Positions 37,610 through 49,293 of a stretch of 64,000 bases of DNA are shown here, piece by piece. The notes under the pieces are model-generated. The model searched no databases and was not told the origin of the DNA. It saw only the letters and a list, made by a program, of their open reading frames with translations. The stretch's first letter is position 1, and each line of letters begins with the position of its first letter. This DNA comes from Spirochaetia bacterium (GTDB taxonomy: Bacteria; Spirochaetota; Spirochaetia; SZUA-6; Bin103). A program made the translations under genes and the position numbers. The stretch spans positions 576,001 through 640,000 of the forward strand of contig OZ241863.1 of assembly GCA_965203055.1 (NCBI GenBank), given 5' to 3'.

Positions 37610-38761
37610 TCAGGCGTCCGCCCGGTCCACTGCCGGCGCCTGCTTCAGGACCCGCCGGTAGAGGGCCTCGAAGCGGGGCACCACCAGTTCGCAGCCAAAG
37701 CTCTTCGCCTGCTCGCGGCCGGCCTCGCCGCACCGCCGGTGGAGCTGTTCATCGGTGAGCAGCTCGACGGCGCGCGCCGCCATGGCGTCCACGTCGCCCG
37801 GCGGCAGCAGGTACCCGGCGCGGCCGTCCGGCACCACCTCCGGCAGGCCGCCGGTGCGGCTGGCGACGACCGGCACCCGACTGGCCATCGCTTCCAGCGC
37901 CACCAGGCCGAAGCTCTCCGCAGCGCTCGGCAGCAACAGCAGGTCGGTGGTCTGCAGGAACGGGGCCACGTCGTCCACCACCCCGACCGTCGTGACGTCG
38001 TCCGCTACCTCCAGGCGGCGCGCCAGCGCCAGCGCGCGGCTCAGATCGGGGCCGTCGCCCACCAGCACCAGCCGCGCATCCACCCGCCGGCGGATGCGGG
38101 CGAACACCTCGATGACGTCCGCGGCGCGCTTGACCGGCCGGAAGTTGGAGATGTGCAGCACCTGCTTCGGGGCCGCGGCCTGGCTCCGGTCCGGCCCCCC
38201 GTCGGGCCGCCCGCGCGCGGAGCCGTAGTGCCCGAGTTCCACGCAGTTCGGGATTACCTCGATGGGACGGGTGACCTGGAAGGTGTCCGCGGTTTCGCGC
38301 CGCAGATACTCCGACACGGTGGTCACCGCGTCCGACTGCTCGATGGCAAAGCGGGTCACCGGGTGGAAGTAGGGCGCCGCCCCCACCAGCGAGGTGTCGG
38401 TGCCGTGCAGGGTGGTCACCACCTTCAGGTTCAGCTCCGGCGCCATCTGCCGCGCCAGAATCGCCGCCGGCGAAAACGGAATGGCGTAGTGCACGTGCAG
38501 GATCCGCAGGGCGTTGGCGGCGGCTACCTCCACCATCTTGGCGGCCAGCGCGAGCGTGTAGGGAAATTGCTTGAGCAACGGATATTCCCCGGCCTGCACT
38601 TCGTGAAAGGTGACGCGCGGCGGCAGCTCCACCAGGCGCAACGGCGCGGCGTAGCTGATGAAGGAGATGGTGTGCCCGCGCAGCGCGAGCTGCTTGCCCA
38701 GTTCGGTCGCGAATACCCCGCTGCCGCCGTGCGTGGGGTAGCAGGTAATGCCTAGTCGCAC
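37610..38761 (-). CDS. bshA: N-acetyl-alpha-D-glucosaminyl L-malate synthase
   Basis: GITCYPT.GGSG..ATELG, HVHYAIP, TTLHGTD, HISNFRPVKR, ESFGLVALEA. Confidence 0.93.
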   Translation of the reverse strand: MRLGITCYPTHGGSGVFATELGKQLALRGHTISFISYAAPLRLVELPPRVTFHEVQAGEYPLLKQFPYTLALAAKMVEVAAANALRILHVHYAIPFSPAAILARQMAPELNLKVVTTLHGTDTSLVGAAPYFHPVTRFAIEQSDAVTTVSEYLRRETADTFQVTRPIEVIPNCVELGHYGSARGRPDGGPDRSQAAAPKQVLHISNFRPVKRAADVIEVFARIRRRVDARLVLVGDGPDLSRALALARRLEVADDVTTVGVVDDVAPFLQTTDLLLLPSAAESFGLVALEAMASRVPVVASRTGGLPEVVPDGRAGYLLPPGDVDAMAARAVELLTDEQLHRRCGEAGREQAKSFGCELVVPRFEALYRRVLKQAPAVDRADA

Positions 38762-40311
38762 GCGCCGTCCACGTCATACACCAGCAGCTCGTGGTCCGTC
38801 TCCAGCGGATCGCAGGCGGCCAGCAGCGCGCCCGGCAACTGCGGTCCGTAGCGGCTCACGAAGTGCGCCGCCGGCAGCACCCGCTCCTGCGGCCGGGCGC
38901 GCGGCCACACCTCGTCGCGCAGCCGCTGCAGCGCGCGCCGCGCCGCGCCGCGGCGGCTCATCAGCGCGCGCGCGGTGCGTTCCTCCAGGCGCTCCGCGGC
39001 GCGTTCCGCGTGGCCCAGGCTGCGCCGCCAGGTATGCGCCAGATTGGGGTCGGCGGCGGTGACGTGCGCTTCCAGCGGCTGCCACAACTCGCTCAGGCGG
39101 CGCCGCAGCGCGGCGAAGCGGGCGCGCTCGGTGGCCGGCACCGCGGCGTTGAAGGCCGCCCGCACCGAGAACTCGGGACCCACGATCTGCTCCGGCAGCA
39201 GGTCGAAGTGGGCGAGCACGGAGACGGCGCCGGCCGGGGCGATGGTGTAGCTGCGGCGCGCGGCGATGAGGGGTTGCGGCACCTCGAACAACCGATAGAC
39301 GCCCTGCAGCATGGCGTGGTAGGCCACTTCCCCCGGTCCCAGGACGGTGGCCACCGAGGGCAGCGCCAGGTCCGCCAGCACCGGCCGCAGCGCCGCGTCG
39401 GTGGACAGCTTCGCCTCCGGGGCGGGCGCCGCGCCCGGCTCCAGGCGGACGCGGCGCCCGCCCGCGGCGTGAAACAGGGTGCCCGCGCGCGCCGGATCGA
39501 GCGGCGCCGGGTAGCCGTCGGCCGCCAGCGCCGCGGCGGCCTGCTCCAGGGCGCGCCGCACCTGCCCCGCGGCCGCGGCCGCACGGGCGTAGAAGTCCGG
39601 GAACAACGGCCGCAACAGGCGCGGCTCCAGGATGACGAGGCCGTGCTCCCCGAACAGCCGCGCCAGCGCCGCGGCCAGCGAGTGGGCGAAGCCGCCGCCG
39701 CGCGGCGCGAACAACTCGCGGGCGTAGGCCGCGAACTTGCCGTCGCCCTGGCGTTCGAAGAACCGCTCCGCCGCCTGCCGCACTTCCGGCGTGACCGGCA
39801 GCTCCTCGATCGAGCGGCCTTCACCCTCCCAATCGAACCGCGCGCGCCCCACGCTGCCGTCGGCCGCGAGGTAGTGAGCGTGGTTGATCTCACCCAGGTC
39901 GTGATCCTCGGAGGCCAGCCAGAACACCGGTACGCACCGCCGTCCCAGCTCCTCCTGGCAGCGGTTCGCCAGGCGAATCGCGCTGGCGATCTTGTACAAG
40001 GTATAGCCAGGCCCGCCCATGAAGCCGGCCTGCTGGCCGGTATGCACGCAGCAGGTGCCGGCGTCGGCCAGCGCGGCGGCGCCGGCGACCGCCGCCTCCG
40101 GCGCCCCGAGCGTCCGGTTGTAGCGCGCCAGCGCCGCGGCGAGATCGGGCTGCGCCGCGCCGGCGGCATCGCGCGCGCGCAACGCGCCCGCGGCGTCGCC
40201 GCCGGCGTGGGTGAAGTAGCGGTCCACACGCCCCGCCAGGTAGTCGAGGTAGAAGCGGCTGCCCCCGTACACCTGGGTCATGGGGACGCGATGAGACTCG
40301 ATCAGTCGCAA
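38752..40311 (-). CDS. bshC: Bacillithiol biosynthesis cysteine-adding enzyme
   Basis: TGQQ.G..GGP.YTLYK, PVFWLASEDHD, LRP, GPGEVAY, PQERV. Confidence 0.92.
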   Translation of the reverse strand: MRLIESHRVPMTQVYGGSRFYLDYLAGRVDRYFTHAGGDAAGALRARDAAGAAQPDLAAALARYNRTLGAPEAAVAGAAALADAGTCCVHTGQQAGFMGGPGYTLYKIASAIRLANRCQEELGRRCVPVFWLASEDHDLGEINHAHYLAADGSVGRARFDWEGEGRSIEELPVTPEVRQAAERFFERQGDGKFAAYARELFAPRGGGFAHSLAAALARLFGEHGLVILEPRLLRPLFPDFYARAAAAAGQVRRALEQAAAALAADGYPAPLDPARAGTLFHAAGGRRVRLEPGAAPAPEAKLSTDAALRPVLADLALPSVATVLGPGEVAYHAMLQGVYRLFEVPQPLIAARRSYTIAPAGAVSVLAHFDLLPEQIVGPEFSVRAAFNAAVPATERARFAALRRRLSELWQPLEAHVTAADPNLAHTWRRSLGHAERAAERLEERTARALMSRRGAARRALQRLRDEVWPRARPQERVLPAAHFVSRYGPQLPGALLAACDPLETDHELLVYDVDGACD

Positions 40312-40374
40312 GCCGGCCTCCTCAGCCCCGGACGCCGCGGCCCCGGACCCCGCGGCGGCCGCGCGCTGCCGCGG

Positions 40375-40638
40375 TCAGGCGGGCAGGCGCGAATGGGTCC
40401 CGTCGCAGAATGGGTCTTTGTCAGTCTGCTTGCACTGACACAGCGCGTAGTTGCGCCGCTCCTCAACGGTGAACTGCAACGGCTCGAACTGGCTGCCCTG
40501 GTGGGAACCGTCGCAGAACGGCTGATTCCGGCTCTGGCCGCACCGGCACCACCAGTAGCTGCCCGGCTCCAGATTCAATACCGCCGGCATCCGTTCGGCA
40601 ATCTGCCCCTTGGCCTGGTTGTCGGTCATCTCGTGCAT
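40375..40638 (-). CDS. CDGSH iron-sulfur domain protein
   Basis: WCRCG.S..QPFCDGSH and LCQCK.T...PFCDGTH. Confidence 0.92.
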   Translation of the reverse strand: MHEMTDNQAKGQIAERMPAVLNLEPGSYWWCRCGQSRNQPFCDGSHQGSQFEPLQFTVEERRNYALCQCKQTDKDPFCDGTHSRLPA

Positions 40639-40880
40639 CTCGTGAGCGCTCCTGCGCAAACTGTACCGAAGAACGAAGCCGCCCTGCAACGCGGGTGTCC
40701 CGCCCGCCCCCGCCCGCCCGGCTCCGCTGGTCCGCTCGCCGCTGACGCCGCTTCCCGCAAACCGGTTGACTCTGCGGCTCGAATAGTGGCAGTTATTATG
40801 ACGAATCCTCACCAACCCCGACTGCCGGCGGTGCGCTGCGTTCCCGGTCGCGCGCACCGGCTGCGGCGGCTGGAGTCTGC

Positions 40881-42041
40881 ATGCTCATATTTGCACCACA
40901 GGAAACCGACCCCAACGAGCCGCGCGCCGCCGTCACCCCGGAGACCGCCGCCCGCCTGGTCAAGCTGGGCGCCGCGGTGGCGGTCGAGAGCGGCATCGGC
41001 GCCGGCGCCAACTACTCCGACGCCGCCTACGAGAAGGCCGGCGCCGCGCTGCGCGGCGACCGCGCCGCGGCGTTGCGCGAAGCTGACGTGGTACTGCGCG
41101 TGCGCCGGCCTCCGGCCGCGGAGGTCGCGCTGCTCAAGCAGGGGGCGGTCCACGTCAGCTTCCTCGACCCCTTCAACGAGACCGCGCTGGTCGACGCGCT
41201 GGCGCAGCAGGGGGTGAGCGCCGTCAGCATGGAGCTGGTGCCGCGTTCCACCCGCGCCCAGAAGCTGGACGCCCTCAGCTCGCAGCACAGCATCGCCGGC
41301 TATGCCATGGTGTTGATGGCCGCGGACCGGCTCAAGACCATCCTGCCGATGATGGTGACGCCGTCGGGCACGCTGCAGCCGGCGCGGGTGTTCGTGATCG
41401 GCGCCGGGGTCGCGGGCCTGCAGGCGATCGCCACCGCCAAGCGGCTCGGCGCGCGGGTCGAAGCGTTCGACACCCGGCCCGACGTGGCCGAGCAGGTGGA
41501 GTCGCTCGGCGCCCGGTTCGTCAAGGTCGATCTCGGGGAGACCGGCCAGACCGAGCAGGGCTACGCCAAGGCGCTCACCCCGGAGCAGCTCGACAAGCAG
41601 CGCGCGGCGATGGCCGACCGCTGCGCCCAATCCGACATCGTCATCACCACCGCGCAGCTCTTCGGACGCAAGGCGCCGGTGGTCGTCACCGGCGACATGG
41701 TGGGGCGCATGAAGCCGGGCAGCATCATCGTCGACTACGCGGTGGAGTCGGGCGGCAACGTGGAGGGTTCGCAAGCCGGCGAGGACGTCGACGCCGGCGG
41801 AGTGCTGATCATCGGCTACCGCAACGTTCCGGGGCGGCTGGCCACCTCCGCCAGCCAGATGTACGCCAACAATCTGTACAACTTCGTCGACGAGTTCTGG
41901 GATCAGGACAGCAAGTCGTTCACCCTGAACCGCGCCGACGAGATCATCTCCGGCAGCCTGGTGACCCACGGCGGCGAGCTGGTCAACGAGATGGTCAAGA
42001 GCATTACCGGCAAGCAGCCGCAAACCGCCAACAGCGGTTGA
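40881..42041 (+). CDS. pntAA: NAD(P) transhydrogenase subunit alpha, part 1
   Basis: RAQKLDALSS, GAGVAGLQAIATAKRLGA, GGNV. Confidence 0.95.
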   Translation: MLIFAPQETDPNEPRAAVTPETAARLVKLGAAVAVESGIGAGANYSDAAYEKAGAALRGDRAAALREADVVLRVRRPPAAEVALLKQGAVHVSFLDPFNETALVDALAQQGVSAVSMELVPRSTRAQKLDALSSQHSIAGYAMVLMAADRLKTILPMMVTPSGTLQPARVFVIGAGVAGLQAIATAKRLGARVEAFDTRPDVAEQVESLGARFVKVDLGETGQTEQGYAKALTPEQLDKQRAAMADRCAQSDIVITTAQLFGRKAPVVVTGDMVGRMKPGSIIVDYAVESGGNVEGSQAGEDVDAGGVLIIGYRNVPGRLATSASQMYANNLYNFVDEFWDQDSKSFTLNRADEIISGSLVTHGGELVNEMVKSITGKQPQTANSG

Positions 42042-42052
42042 CCGAGGGGTTC

Positions 42053-42372
42053 ATGGAAGCGCTACAGCAGTTCGAGTTTCTGTTCTTCATCTTCATCCTG
42101 GCCATGTTTCTCGGCCTGGAGTTGATCACCAAGGTGCCGTCCCAGTTGCACACGCCGCTCATGTCCGGCTCCAACGCCATCTCCGGCATTTCGCTGGTCG
42201 GCGCGCTGATCACCCTGGAGGCGCGCGGCGTGGACAGCACCCTCACTACCATCCTGGGGGCCTGCGCCGTCGGCTTCGCCACCATCAACGTGGTGGGCGG
42301 ATACCTGGTCACGGACCGCATGCTGGAGATGTTCAAGACGCGGCCGGCGGCGGGCAAGAAGGGAGGCGGCGC

Positions 42373-42376
<4 letters not shown>
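42053..42376 (+). CDS. pntAB: NAD(P) transhydrogenase subunit alpha, part 2
   Basis: LHTPLMSGSNAISG, NVVGGY.VTDRML.MF. Confidence 0.95.
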
Positions 42377-43806
<1,430 letters not shown>

Positions 43807-43834
43807 CCCCGCGCGCCGGCGGCCCCGTGCCACC

Positions 43835-45157
43835 ATGAAGGTCAGCGTAGAGAATCTCGGCGTCCTCAAGAAAGCCGAGTTCGAGGTCGGCGACTTCACC
43901 CTGATCTGCGGTGACAACAACACCGGCAAGACCTACGCCACCTACGCGCTGTACGGATTCCTGTCCGGTTGGCGGCGGTGGCTGTCGGTCGAGATTCCCC
44001 GGCCAACCATCGACGCGCTCCTCAAGAAAGGAATAACGCGTATTGACGTCCGGCCCTTCGTGAAGCAGGCGAACGCTATCCTCAAGGACGGATGTGATTA
44101 CTATAAGAAGTACCTGTCCAACGTGCTCGGCGCGAAAGCGGATCGCTTCAAGGAGACGAGTTTCCGAATATCGGTCGATGATCAAGTATTGCACCCCGTA
44201 GTCAAGGGCGCGTTCGAGAGGAAGAAGAAGGGATCGGAAGGCAACACGATCTTCTCTCTCTCGAAAGAGGCGGGAGACTCCAGCTTGATAGTGTCACTGA
44301 ACAACCCGCAGGATTGGCCTTCCGGTTTGGTTCAAGAGAAGATTTCAGACTCGATGATCGAACTGCTCTTTGCCGATGTTCTTCCTCGACCATTCATGGT
44401 AAGCGCGGAGCGTACCGGAGGCATTGTATTCGATGATGAACTGGATTATCAACCGTACGATATAGCCCTTCATGCTCCGTACCATCCGGCGCCGGTTCAA
44501 GACAACGTAAACTTCATACGACGAGTTACAAGCGCTGTCAAGAGTGATAGCTTTCTTGCTATCGACCACAAAGACATTCTCGACGAATTTGCCGACATCA
44601 TCGGCGGCTGCTTCGGCGTCGACAGTAACGGCATCATCTACTTCGAACCCGCCGGCCGGCGAGTGCGGTTGACCATGGACGAAAGCTCGGGCACGGTGCG
44701 TTCCCTGCTGCTCCTTGGCCTCTACCTGCATCACGAGGCGCGACCGGGCGATCTGTTGATGGTTGACGAGCCCGAGCTGAGCCTGCATCCGAAGAATCAG
44801 CGGCGTATCGCGCGGCTGTTCGCCCGGCTGGTAAACCTGGGTCTGCGCGTGTTCCTGACCACCCACAGCGACTACATTGTCAAGGAGTGGAATACGCTGA
44901 TCATGCTGAATCATGGCATGCAATATCTGGAAAAACTCGCCAAGGAGGAGAGGTACCGCGCTGACGAGCTTCTGGTACCCGATCAGATCAGGGTATACAT
45001 GGCAAAGCAGGCGGCCGTCGAAGGCGGCGGTCCGGACTACCTGCTGGAGCCTGCTTCGATAGACCCTGAACTTGGAATCGAAGCAAAGACCTTCGACGAC
45101 ACCATCAATGAAATGAACCGGATTCAAGACGCTATCGTGTGGGGTCACGATGGATGA
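43835..45157 (+). CDS. ABC/AAA_15-type ATPase (defence-associated class)
   Basis: GDNNTGKT Walker A, AERTG, SSG signature, VDEPELSLHP, TTHSD. Confidence 0.85.
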   Translation: MKVSVENLGVLKKAEFEVGDFTLICGDNNTGKTYATYALYGFLSGWRRWLSVEIPRPTIDALLKKGITRIDVRPFVKQANAILKDGCDYYKKYLSNVLGAKADRFKETSFRISVDDQVLHPVVKGAFERKKKGSEGNTIFSLSKEAGDSSLIVSLNNPQDWPSGLVQEKISDSMIELLFADVLPRPFMVSAERTGGIVFDDELDYQPYDIALHAPYHPAPVQDNVNFIRRVTSAVKSDSFLAIDHKDILDEFADIIGGCFGVDSNGIIYFEPAGRRVRLTMDESSGTVRSLLLLGLYLHHEARPGDLLMVDEPELSLHPKNQRRIARLFARLVNLGLRVFLTTHSDYIVKEWNTLIMLNHGMQYLEKLAKEERYRADELLVPDQIRVYMAKQAAVEGGGPDYLLEPASIDPELGIEAKTFDDTINEMNRIQDAIVWGHDG

Positions 45158-45710
45158 CTTCGATATACTACGAGAGCTGTTTCGAGAGGAGGCGTTGGCA
45201 TCCGCTGAAGGGAACAGGATCACTCTGGAAGAACGGAGTAATCAGTCATCATATACACTGGATATCACCGGTATTCCGGACGACACTATAGCGTTCAAGG
45301 CGGATATGTTTCCGGATTATAGACATATCTTCAAGAACTCCAGACATGAATGTAGGCGCGCCGACTATGTGATCGTTGCCCGCGACCAAGATAGAGATGA
45401 TGGAAGATGGATAGTCTATGTTGAGATGAAGCGCGGAAGGGGAGTGCTTCACGATATCGAGCTTCAGCTGCGAGGGACCAGGTGCGTGGTAGCATATTGT
45501 CGCGCAATCGGTCAGGAGTTTTGGGGAGAACGGCGATTCCTGCAACACTACACCGAGCGTTTTGTCCGCGTATATGACATCAGGTTAGCCAAACGCAAGA
45601 CGCGTGAATCGCGGTCGGGTGTTCACGACGACCCAACGCGCATTCTGAGTATTCCTGCCCCCAAGGGTCTGCTTCAATTCGATAAGCTGCTCGGCGCTGC
45701 GCACCGATAG
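45150..45710 (+). CDS. Putative PD-(D/E)XK-like nuclease partner of the ATPase
   Basis: Overlaps the ATPase stop; RRADYVIV...YVEMK...QL pattern. Confidence 0.55.
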   Translation: MDDFDILRELFREEALASAEGNRITLEERSNQSSYTLDITGIPDDTIAFKADMFPDYRHIFKNSRHECRRADYVIVARDQDRDDGRWIVYVEMKRGRGVLHDIELQLRGTRCVVAYCRAIGQEFWGERRFLQHYTERFVRVYDIRLAKRKTRESRSGVHDDPTRILSIPAPKGLLQFDKLLGAAHR

Positions 45711-45785
45711 CGGGTCTGGTCTGACCAGGGCCGGTAAGGGCCGGTCAGCGCGGATTGACGGCGGCGGCCGGGTGCGTTACAAACG

Positions 45786-46673
45786 GTGGGCATGCAGGTA
45801 GTGACGGATCGTGAGGCGCAGACCTTTCGGGAACGGGGCTGGCTGGCCCTGCCGGGGATGCTCGGCAGCGGCGAGCTGGCGGCGATGCGCTCCGACATGG
45901 AGCGGATTACCCGCGCCGCGCGTCCCGGCGCGGAGGATTTCTTGTTCGGAGCGGGCCACCTGGACGGCTCCGAGGTGCTGCGCCGCATCCAGTACGTAGT
46001 CGACAAGTCGGCGGCGGCGCGCGCCATGCTGGGCCACCCCGGCGTGCTGGCCGCGGTGGAGGCGATCGCGGGACCCGATCTGTTCCCCACGCAGGACGCC
46101 ATGGTGCTGAAGATGCCGGGGCAGGGCATCGCCGTCCCCTGGCATCGGGACCGCTCCAGCACTGACGACTACCCCTCCGAACCGCCGGTGTTCATCGCCG
46201 ACTTCTACCTCGACGCCGCCGACCGGGACACCTGCATCTGGGTGATGCCGGGCAGCCACCGCTGGTCGGACGCGCGCACCCGGGACGAGATCGCGCGCCT
46301 GAACCGTGACGGCTTCTCGACCGAGGGCGCGGAGCCGGTGCTGCTGAACGCCGGCGACGTGCTGTTGCACAACGTGCGGCTGCTGCACGGCTCGCCGCCC
46401 AACGCGTCGCCCAAGCTGCGCCGGGTGGTGTACTACACCTTCCACACCGTGCGCGTCGAATGGGTACACGGCCCGCACACCCGCGAATACATCGCCGCCA
46501 AGCAAAAGGTGCTGCGCGCCTGCATCCGCCAGCGCCGGCGGATGCCCTATGCCGCCGGCGAAACCGCGTTCGAGTACCGCCCGCCGGCGGAACAGGACAA
46601 GGGCCGCCTCGCGGCCGGCGAAGAACCGGCTACCTTCCGCTACCCCGCCGACGCCTATCAATTGGCCGGCTGA
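45786..46673 (+). CDS. Phytanoyl-CoA dioxygenase family protein
   Basis: K.PG, PWHRD, PGSH, GDVLLH...LHGS..N.S...RR. Confidence 0.9.
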   Translation: MGMQVVTDREAQTFRERGWLALPGMLGSGELAAMRSDMERITRAARPGAEDFLFGAGHLDGSEVLRRIQYVVDKSAAARAMLGHPGVLAAVEAIAGPDLFPTQDAMVLKMPGQGIAVPWHRDRSSTDDYPSEPPVFIADFYLDAADRDTCIWVMPGSHRWSDARTRDEIARLNRDGFSTEGAEPVLLNAGDVLLHNVRLLHGSPPNASPKLRRVVYYTFHTVRVEWVHGPHTREYIAAKQKVLRACIRQRRRMPYAAGETAFEYRPPAEQDKGRLAAGEEPATFRYPADAYQLAG

Positions 46674-46791
46674 CCCGGCGCGGTCCGGCCCCGCGCCCTC
46701 GCGCAGCTCCCGCGCAACGGCTTTCATTTGCCAGGGGGACTGCGCGAGTCCTATATTCGTTGACCAGGGAGGTGATCCAACCGTGCTGCGA

Positions 46792-47583
46792 ATGAAAGGA
46801 AGATTGCTGTTCACGCTGGCAGTCGGCGTCATGCTGGCCATGGCCGCGGCTGCCCACGCCAAGCCGGGGTCCGGTGACGAACGCTCCGACTCCGGGTTTG
46901 GCGGCGGGCCGTTCTGGCCGTTGCGCTACATGCCCGCCGTTGCCGACCTGAACGGCTACTTCAAGGATCTCGGCTCATACCAGGCCATGAGCGAGTTCTT
47001 CATCCCGCTCCTGAACGGCGGCGGCGGCACCGTCCGCTACAGCGTGAACGGGAATTGGCAGTTCGGCATGGAGTGGGCGGGATTCGGCCAGGAGGTCGGC
47101 GGCTTCGCCAAGCACCGGACCGACGGACCGCGGGACACCGTCGACACGGACGGCGACGGCTACGACGACTACCGCAGCTACGCCGGGTACCGCCAGTTCT
47201 ACTGGGCCGGCATCGCGCAGTACAAGTGGGCGCTGGCGCCGAGCCTCTATCTGCAGACCGGGGTCAAGACCGGGCTTGGCTCGGAGACGCTGAACTACGG
47301 CATGAACCGGCGCGAGGTGCTCACGGACGTGATCGGCATCACCTCGGGCGCCAACTCATGGACCCGCACCACCCTGCTCGGCAGCTTCTACGCCGGCCTC
47401 CAGGTCGCCCTGGACGGCGACCGCAACGTCTTCAAGCTGGGCCTGGAGGCGGGGGTGGACGGGCATTACGCCCTGACCGAATGGCAGGCCGCGACCGGCG
47501 TCCACAAGGCAGTGCCGGCGCCGCCGGCAACCATCCAACCGCACAACTTCTGGGTCACGATCGGCCCCCAGTTCCACTACTAG
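46792..47583 (+). CDS. Secreted/outer-membrane beta-rich hypothetical protein
   Basis: Signal peptide ending AAAHA; alternating beta pattern; aromatic C-terminus (QFHY). Confidence 0.6.
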   Translation: MKGRLLFTLAVGVMLAMAAAAHAKPGSGDERSDSGFGGGPFWPLRYMPAVADLNGYFKDLGSYQAMSEFFIPLLNGGGGTVRYSVNGNWQFGMEWAGFGQEVGGFAKHRTDGPRDTVDTDGDGYDDYRSYAGYRQFYWAGIAQYKWALAPSLYLQTGVKTGLGSETLNYGMNRREVLTDVIGITSGANSWTRTTLLGSFYAGLQVALDGDRNVFKLGLEAGVDGHYALTEWQAATGVHKAVPAPPATIQPHNFWVTIGPQFHY

Positions 47584-47720
47584 CGCGCCGCCACCCGCCG
47601 GAGCCCGCCGGCGGGGCGCACTTCGACGCCGGCGACAGTCTCGGCAGTAGCATCTGACGGAACGTCCAGCCGCTTGGAAATGTGCAGCCGAGTCACGCCC
47701 GCAGGTGGCATCTTCCGGGC

Positions 47721-49243
47721 GGGCGCACTTCCAATTTGTAGGTAGGCCCAAATAGAGAAGCCCTCCCAGCGACAGGTGATGTAACATCAGGCCGTCACTG
47801 GGAGGGCAACATATGTGTGATTCATTGGTAACCGAGATTCTCAACTACTGCAAGGCCACCTGTGGTCTCGAACTGGGCCGCGCTAGCGGTCCCCACGACC
47901 TGTTGCGGGCAGAACTGAGTCTCCTCAAGTGCTTGGTGCGCCTGTGCCGCGCCGCCATGGTGGAGTGGTTCAAGGAACTGGGCCGCGATTACCGCGGCGC
48001 CACGGTCCAGCGCAACGGGGTGTCGTATCGGTTTGTCGGCCACCGCTCCAAGACCCTGCACGGACTGTTCGGGACGGTACCCTACGAACGGGCCTACTAC
48101 GCCAGCGGTAGCGGCCAGGGCTGGGCGCCGTTGGATGAGCGGCTCGGCATCAAGCGCGGCCATACGCCGGGCTGCCAGTACTTTCTGAGTCAGTTCGTAG
48201 CGCGCCAGGCGCACGCAGAGAGTCTGCGGCAGTTTCACGAGGTGTTCCGCGCCGACGGCGGGGAGCTGGTGTCGGAGAAGAAGGCGTTCACGATGGTGCA
48301 GGAGGTAACGGAGGGGTTGGAACGGCAGCGCCAGCAGGAGGTGGACAACTACCAGCAGACTGCGGCGGGGCCGGAGCTGCACGAGCCGATTGGCGGGACG
48401 GTGGCGGTATGCATCGACGCGGGGAAGGTGCCGGTGCGCGGCAAGGAGCGGGTAGATGATGCCGGGAAGAAGCGCTACGAGCGGGAGTACCGGGACGCCA
48501 AGGTGGCGGTGGTGGCGGCGGTGGAGTGGGACGCTGAGGAGCAGGAGGCGCAGTGCAGCAGCAAGCCGAGCTACGTGGCGGCGAGCGAGCATGCCGACCA
48601 GTTCTTCCCGCGCATCGAAGTGGAGCTGAAACGGCGCTGCGGCGAGGGGGCGGCGCGGCAACTGGTAGTGCTGGCCGACGGGGCGGGATGGATTTGGGAT
48701 CGGGCGGAGACCTGGGCGGCAGGGGGGCTGCGGGTGTGGTACATCCTGGATTTCTGGCACGCCTGCGAGCATCTCGCGGAGGCGAGTCGGAGCGTCTACG
48801 GGGAGAGGAGCAAGCAGGCAGAGGAATGCTTTCGGAGGTGGCGGACGATGCTGCGCGGCAGTCGGGCGGGGGAAGTGATAGAGGAGCTGGAGGAGTTGCG
48901 CGACGGCGGGGGGTTGAGTGCCCGGCAGCGGCACGAGGTGCAGGGGGAGATCAACTACTTGAAGAGCAACCAGGGACGGATGGACTACCGGCGGTACCGG
49001 CGGGAGGGGCTGCCGATCGGCAGTGGGGCGGTGGAGAGTACGTGCAAGAACATGGTGGGGGCGCGGCTGAAGGGGAGCGGGATGATCTGGTCGTTGGGAG
49101 GGGCGCAGGGGATGCTGCAGCTCTGCACCTCGGTGAAGAGCGGGCGGTTCAAAAGGGACTACGCGAGCCTGCTGTCCGCCTCGGTGCCGCAGGAGGCCCA
49201 GCCACAGGCCGCCTGACGCTACCTACGTTTTGGAAGTGCGCCC
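47721..49243 (+). mobile_element. Complete ISKra4-family insertion sequence
   Basis: 25-bp IRs GGGCGCACTTCCAA(TTT/AAC)GTAGGTAG (22/25); 8-bp target duplication TTCCGGGC at 47713-47720 and 49244-49251. Confidence 0.92.
47813..49216 (+). CDS. ISKra4-family DDE transposase
   Basis: PLDERLG, ADGA.WIW, LDFWHA.EHL, Y...N..RMDY, PIGSGAVES.CK, RLK.SGM.W. Confidence 0.92.
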   Translation: MCDSLVTEILNYCKATCGLELGRASGPHDLLRAELSLLKCLVRLCRAAMVEWFKELGRDYRGATVQRNGVSYRFVGHRSKTLHGLFGTVPYERAYYASGSGQGWAPLDERLGIKRGHTPGCQYFLSQFVARQAHAESLRQFHEVFRADGGELVSEKKAFTMVQEVTEGLERQRQQEVDNYQQTAAGPELHEPIGGTVAVCIDAGKVPVRGKERVDDAGKKRYEREYRDAKVAVVAAVEWDAEEQEAQCSSKPSYVAASEHADQFFPRIEVELKRRCGEGAARQLVVLADGAGWIWDRAETWAAGGLRVWYILDFWHACEHLAEASRSVYGERSKQAEECFRRWRTMLRGSRAGEVIEELEELRDGGGLSARQRHEVQGEINYLKSNQGRMDYRRYRREGLPIGSGAVESTCKNMVGARLKGSGMIWSLGGAQGMLQLCTSVKSGRFKRDYASLLSASVPQEAQPQAA

Positions 49244-49259
49244 TTCCGGGCCGAATAAC

Positions 49260-49288
49260 TTGACTCAAGTAGTTTCCATGAGTATACT
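49260..49288 (+). promoter_or_regulatory. Near-consensus sigma-70 promoter overlapped by palindromes
   Basis: TTGACT-17 bp-TATACT; ACTTGA-C-TCAAGT palindrome over the -35 box. Confidence 0.65.
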
Positions 49289-49293
49289 TATGT

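Noticed and set aside
47611..47686. Short IR-like strings (GGGCGCACTTC, TTGGAAATGTGC) left of the IS
   Set aside because: Only 11-12 nt and no target duplication; cannot support another element end
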